Source: Amphiscolops sp. MND2022 | Lineage: Eukaryota | Direction of reading: 5' to 3' | Assembly: GCA_964187785.1 (NCBI GenBank) | Contig: OZ076411.1 | Location: forward strand, 44,268,001-44,332,000 | DNA length: 64,000 nt | Shown: piece after piece, positions 59,449-64,000 of the stretch | Position numbering within the stretch: position 1 is the first letter of the stretch | Layout of the letters: every line of letters begins with the position of its first letter | Notes under the pieces: model-generated | Seen by the model: only the letters and a program-made list of their open reading frames with translations | Databases searched by the model: none | What the model was told of the DNA's origin: nothing | Program-made: the position numbers and the translations under genes

Positions 59449-62400
59449 ATGTCGGATGCAGCTGTTGAAACACCAAATGTAACAAAAGACGTCCAACACG
59501 TCCAGGATGTTTTTGCGGAGCCCACTGAGCCAAATAATGAAGTTCCATCTGCTTCTCTCAACTTAGTTTGTTCAAAATGTGATGCAGCTTCTTCAATTGT
59601 ACTTTTTTTCAACGTCAATTGTCAGCATGTTCTCTGTATCAAATGCCTATCTCCTCTGGGCGAAAAAACTCAGATGAAGTGTGCCAGTAACAAATCTTGT
59701 GAGGCTCTCTGGACACGTAAAAGCACCACGATAATGAGTTTCATTCATCCTCTATTTGTTGACCAAATAAAGATGATTGCGGAAAGTTCGGATACCTTCA
59801 TTGTTGATAAATCTGAACTGGACGTTGCGAAACATTTCAACGCCCAAAGCCTTAAATTGCTGAAATTCTTGAAACCTTGTTTACCGACCTCACTTTCTAC
59901 GGAATCGCTTCCTGTGGTGTCTGCGATTGCTTCGGATACTGATACTTCAGAATCTCTTCAGAATAAGAGTAGAACTGAGCGCTCTTCAAGATCGACGCAG
60001 GTATTGTATGTCACTCTTCATCTCGTTTGCATGTACCATTTTCCTTGAACCCTTCATCCAGTTATGCCCTGTGAACTGTGTGTTATCGCTATGAATTTGG
60101 AAGTACCACGGCAGTGAAAACCATACTTTTTGAATTGAAAGTTGAGTTGGCCTTCTAATCGTTCTGTGAATATCGAAAGACCTCACCCATGATGAGAGCT
60201 ATGAATTGTCTTGAACTGCAGAAGCATGCAAAGCAATAATCTTTTAGTTGAATAAAGCTTTCAAGGCTTTCCCTCAGTTTTTGTTCGAGTCTCTTCAGCA
60301 GAAAGCATAGTCTTTTTCCTGATAGTGGTCAGGTGGTTATTTTGAATGTTTCCTTCAATTTCCAAAAATTAATAAGGTCCGCGCGTAATGAAACCACAAA
60401 TTAATTTATTTTTTTAGCCTATATTTCTGGTCACAACGCCAAAATTTCCGGTATCGAACTGGATTTAGAATCAATATAATACAGAAGCACCTTGACTTTT
60501 TCAACCAACTAAACCTGAAACAGACTGCTTAATCTGATGTGGAAGTATCTTAAATATTATTGGGCAGACAACAATCCGTGTACTTGGATTTTTGTGTGTC
60601 TATGTCAACCATGTCGTGCTAACCCCTTGATTTAATTAAGGGAACTTCTCCCTGTGGCATATCCTCGAAGCCCTAATAATAACAATAGTAATAATATGTG
60701 CCCATAGTGCAGAGGGAACGTGTCGGTAAAGATAAATTTAAAAAGTTATTTTGAACTTATTTGTTTCAGGAAATAATCGGAACCTACTGAACTGTTTCAA
60801 TCATTTTCGAAGTTTACTTTCAGTTTCTGTTGTAATGTTTTCGGCAGGCACTTCAGCAGGTTCTCATATCCGAGTGCTCGTGGAGCTGTTCATGGTGATT
60901 AAACTCTTAGTATAGAACGGGCCACAGAGTTAACATCATACAAAAAGTGATGGATTTCTGTGATGACGAGAACTTGAAAAAAACTATTTCCCCCTCCATT
61001 TCCATTTCATTTTTAATTTTCTAGGACTGGCCCTCGGTCCATGTTTATGACTTCTACTGTTGGTAATAAATTTCTGAACTACTAGAATACTACTTTGAAA
61101 GTGGAGCTACTTTGAAAGAAACTGGATCGAACAGAACTCATGCACATGGACTTTTAATAGTGTTTGTGAAAACTGTCGTGTCAATTCTAGAACATAAATA
61201 CGGGGCTAACACCCCAGTGGCATATCCACAAAGTTATAATAATTTTTATTGTCTATGAATTGTTTCAGGAAGTGAAATCGAATGAAGATGATAAAGAAAC
61301 TTCGCCACCTCGGAAGCGAAGCAAGCGCGAAGAGACACAGAAGGATTCTGCGATTGAGTCAGCATCCTCTACTGTGAAAAGTGAGAAAAAGCCCGAGAAA
61401 GAAAAACCTCAACGAAATTCGGGAAAAAAGGAAGCTGCCGCCAAAAGAGGGTCTACCAATGACGGAAAGAATGAAAACGAGGAAGACCCTTCGTTGAAAG
61501 CTTTGAAGGACAATCCACTGTTGCAGAGACCATTGGCAAGTGTGGAAAACCAAGTGAAGTATGGATCAGCTGCTAATGATCCAGCGACCTACAAGAAAGT
61601 GATGAAAAAGAACTTCAAAGGCGAAACAAAGTTGCATGAATCTTGTCAACGAGGGCTGCTTGATAAGGCTAAAGAATGGTTGCAGATGGGTTCGGATCCA
61701 AACACTTGTGATAACGCTTCTCTCAGACCTATTCACGAACATGGCGTCATTATGGTAAGACTTATTTTAAATCTCTGATAATAGAACTCACGATGGACAA
61801 AACTGAGGAAGTGCAATAAACCGGTAAACTTGGGATATTCGAGTGTGATACTCATAGGTAAGGAAACCGTATTCTAAACTGGTTAGTTAATTCTCAAGAT
61901 CTCAGATTGTTGCTAAAGATGTGACGGCTCTAAGGTGAAGAAACTGCGATAGTTTCATTGATCTCTGCTCTCACTGTTGTATTTCTGCCAGTATTCGTAA
62001 CGACAGATGTGCTGTGACACTCCAGTTGCTGAACAGAGGAAAATAAAGTTAACTATTTAATCTTATTCATTTGTTTTATTTCCTATTTTTTCTTTTGTTT
62101 TTAGAACCCAGAGTTGTGCCAACTGCTTTTGGAGTACGGGGCAGAGGTCAACGTAGTGGGAGGTGAAGACCAATTGACTCCTTTGCATATCGCGGTCAGC
62201 AACAACTGTCCTGCCACCGCTGCTCTCCTTATCAAGTATGGCGCAGACATCAACGCCTCTGCCAAGGTCAGCCAATGAATTTAGACGCCCAATGAGCACC
62301 GCTATATTTTCCTGCTGTATTTCAGCAACGTGTATACAGAAGTTTTAGGAAAAATTGCATCAAATGGGAGTGAAAATTGAGATTTTTCAGGAAGAATACC

Positions 62401-63450
62401 ACGTCCCAGGTGCACTCTCATTTTAGCATCCCAAAAATTTTTCAAAGTTATTTCGAAATTCAAAAATTCAATTTTAGGTTCTTCTGTGGAAAGTTGAGAT
62501 ACATATCAGTATGAAAGCATATCTCAGAACGTAATTAAACTCTGTGACACAACCTCTATCTTTATAGTATGAAATTGGTCTGTGACGAAACTTGAAGTAA
62601 AGCGTAGGCTTAGAAGTACTATCCTTTCCCATGAAAGATATACGGCCGGAGAATCATGAAACCACGTTCATGTTTGAAAGTTTGTTCGTCGAATGATTGC
62701 ATATAAACAATGATGACAGAGTAAAGCAAGAGTGATGACTATTCATTCGACATGAGCAAAATAAGTGTTATTTTACTTTTTGAACTCTTTCGAGTTTTGG
62801 TGTAACATTCTGGCTTGAACAATGACCAAAATTTCTTGTATATCCTCATCCTCTATCTTGGAACTATAGGAAGTATCAGAGACCTCATTTTTCCGAAGCC
62901 TTTTTTGCTACGGGTGCTAATGGCTTTCTGAATTACCTTTTTTCTAAGTTTCTGGAATTGATTTTTGTTAAATTTCTAGCTCATGTGTTATCGCCATTGG
63001 ATGCTACCATGACTTTTTTCATTGGTCTCTTTGTAATGTCAAGTTGACACTACAAAGAGACCAATGGAAAAAGGCATTCAGTCGAACTGCATCTGGAAAA
63101 AAAAGAAACTTCCGAACATATCAAAAGTACAGATGAAGTGGCGGTGCTAATGTCTTGTCTCTTGAAAGGATTTCTATCTGATTCAATGTTTTATTTTTTC
63201 TCAGGATGCAAATGGAGCTGAATTCACGGCCCTGTCGTTGGCCGAACGGATGGCCAAAGACTTTAACTGCGAAGAACTGCTGAAGGTTGTGAAGGAAACG
63301 AAGCGTGAGATATTCGAGCCAGTCGTTCCGCCCATGGCTCCAATCTGTGGACCTCCCCCCAAGCCTGGAAAGTCCATTATCTTCTCGGCCACTCTTGTCG
63401 AAGACGAGAAAGACCTTGCAATGAGATTCGCTGAGAAGTTCCATGATCGG
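59449..63450 (+). CDS. BARD1: Host gene, 5' part: RING finger + ankyrin repeats + probable start of a BRCT domain; BARD1-like (continues beyond the window)
   Basis: Predicted exons 59449-60000, 61269-61754, 62105-62266, 63205-~63450, all GT-AG and phase 0. RING: CSKC..CQHVLCIKC..C..C. Ankyrins: KNFKGETKLHESCQRG...QMGSDPNTCDNASLRPIHE and LTPLHIAVSNN..LLIKYGADINA. IIFSATLVEDEKDLAMRFAEKF resembles a BRCT entry. The RING-ANK-BRCT order defines BARD1, but orthology is inferred. Small extra exons and an upstream ATG (59410) are possible. Confidence 0.7.
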
Positions 63451-64000
63451 GTTGGTGCATTTGGTTGATTGTTGCGATGTTTTCTTTACGTACCAAGGAC
63501 ATTTGAACTTGTACTGTAATAAACCGGTTACAAAACTTTTGAATTTTGGGCAAATTGATGGACTAAAATGGCTGTTACTGGTAATAATCCAATGAAGGAT
63601 ACATGTATAATATTCCAGAAACTTTCAACTCTGACCAGATTGAATTTTTTCGGAGAATATCCATAGTTTCGACCTAAATCAAAAAAGTATCGGAAGGTTT
63701 TGTTAGATATAAGCAACGGTCTTTCTACTTTTTTTTCCGAAAAACGAAACAATCTTATAAACAAAATATCAACATTACAAGAGGGGTAATCTTCTTTACA
63801 AAACATATTTTGACAATTGATGTCTTTTCCAAATGACAATGAGATAATCAAACCTACCTTAACAAGTGGAAACGTTCCTTTTCGAATTTTGTTAGACTGT
63901 TGAATGCTCTAAATGATACTTTGAAAAATACTTCAATTTTGTCATCCTATTATAAACGGTTTTCAAGTCGAAAGTTTTGCGTGTTAATAATACCAGGTCA

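Overview
This is AT-rich eukaryotic (animal) DNA made up mostly of nested transposable elements. No rRNA, tRNA or CRISPR array is visible, and the host is not identifiable with certainty (an invertebrate is inferred). The centrepiece is a young, full-length 15.5-kb Ty3/Gypsy LTR retrotransposon (16813-32352) with 1574-bp near-identical LTRs, a perfect GCCAT target-site duplication (TSD), a PBS, a PPT and a -1 slippery site. Besides gag-pol it carries two extra genes. One is an ANTISENSE gene with three GT-AG introns that splices to one open frame of about 1208 aa, with a BED-like zinc finger and an apparently catalytically dead hAT-transposase-like body. The other is a divergently oriented 276-aa ORF that reads through the PPT into the 3' LTR. 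Gag itself starts 550 nt inside the LTR. A second striking signal is an identical 33-nt AT-rich sequence ending in AG at the 5' ends of two different LINEs (degenerate copies on a third), which looks like a trans-spliced leader. The rest of the window holds a degenerate copia element, three more Gypsy relics (one with an SGNH-hydrolase-like ORF), about six CR1/L2-like LINE relics, three CRE-clade fragments, several families of GGG/CCC-ended subrepeat MITEs with 9-bp TSDs carrying short hairpin-rich cassettes, and the first four coding exons of a host RING + ankyrin (BARD1-like) gene at 59.4-63.5 kb. All alignments and translations beyond the supplied ORF track were done by eye; no database searches were run.
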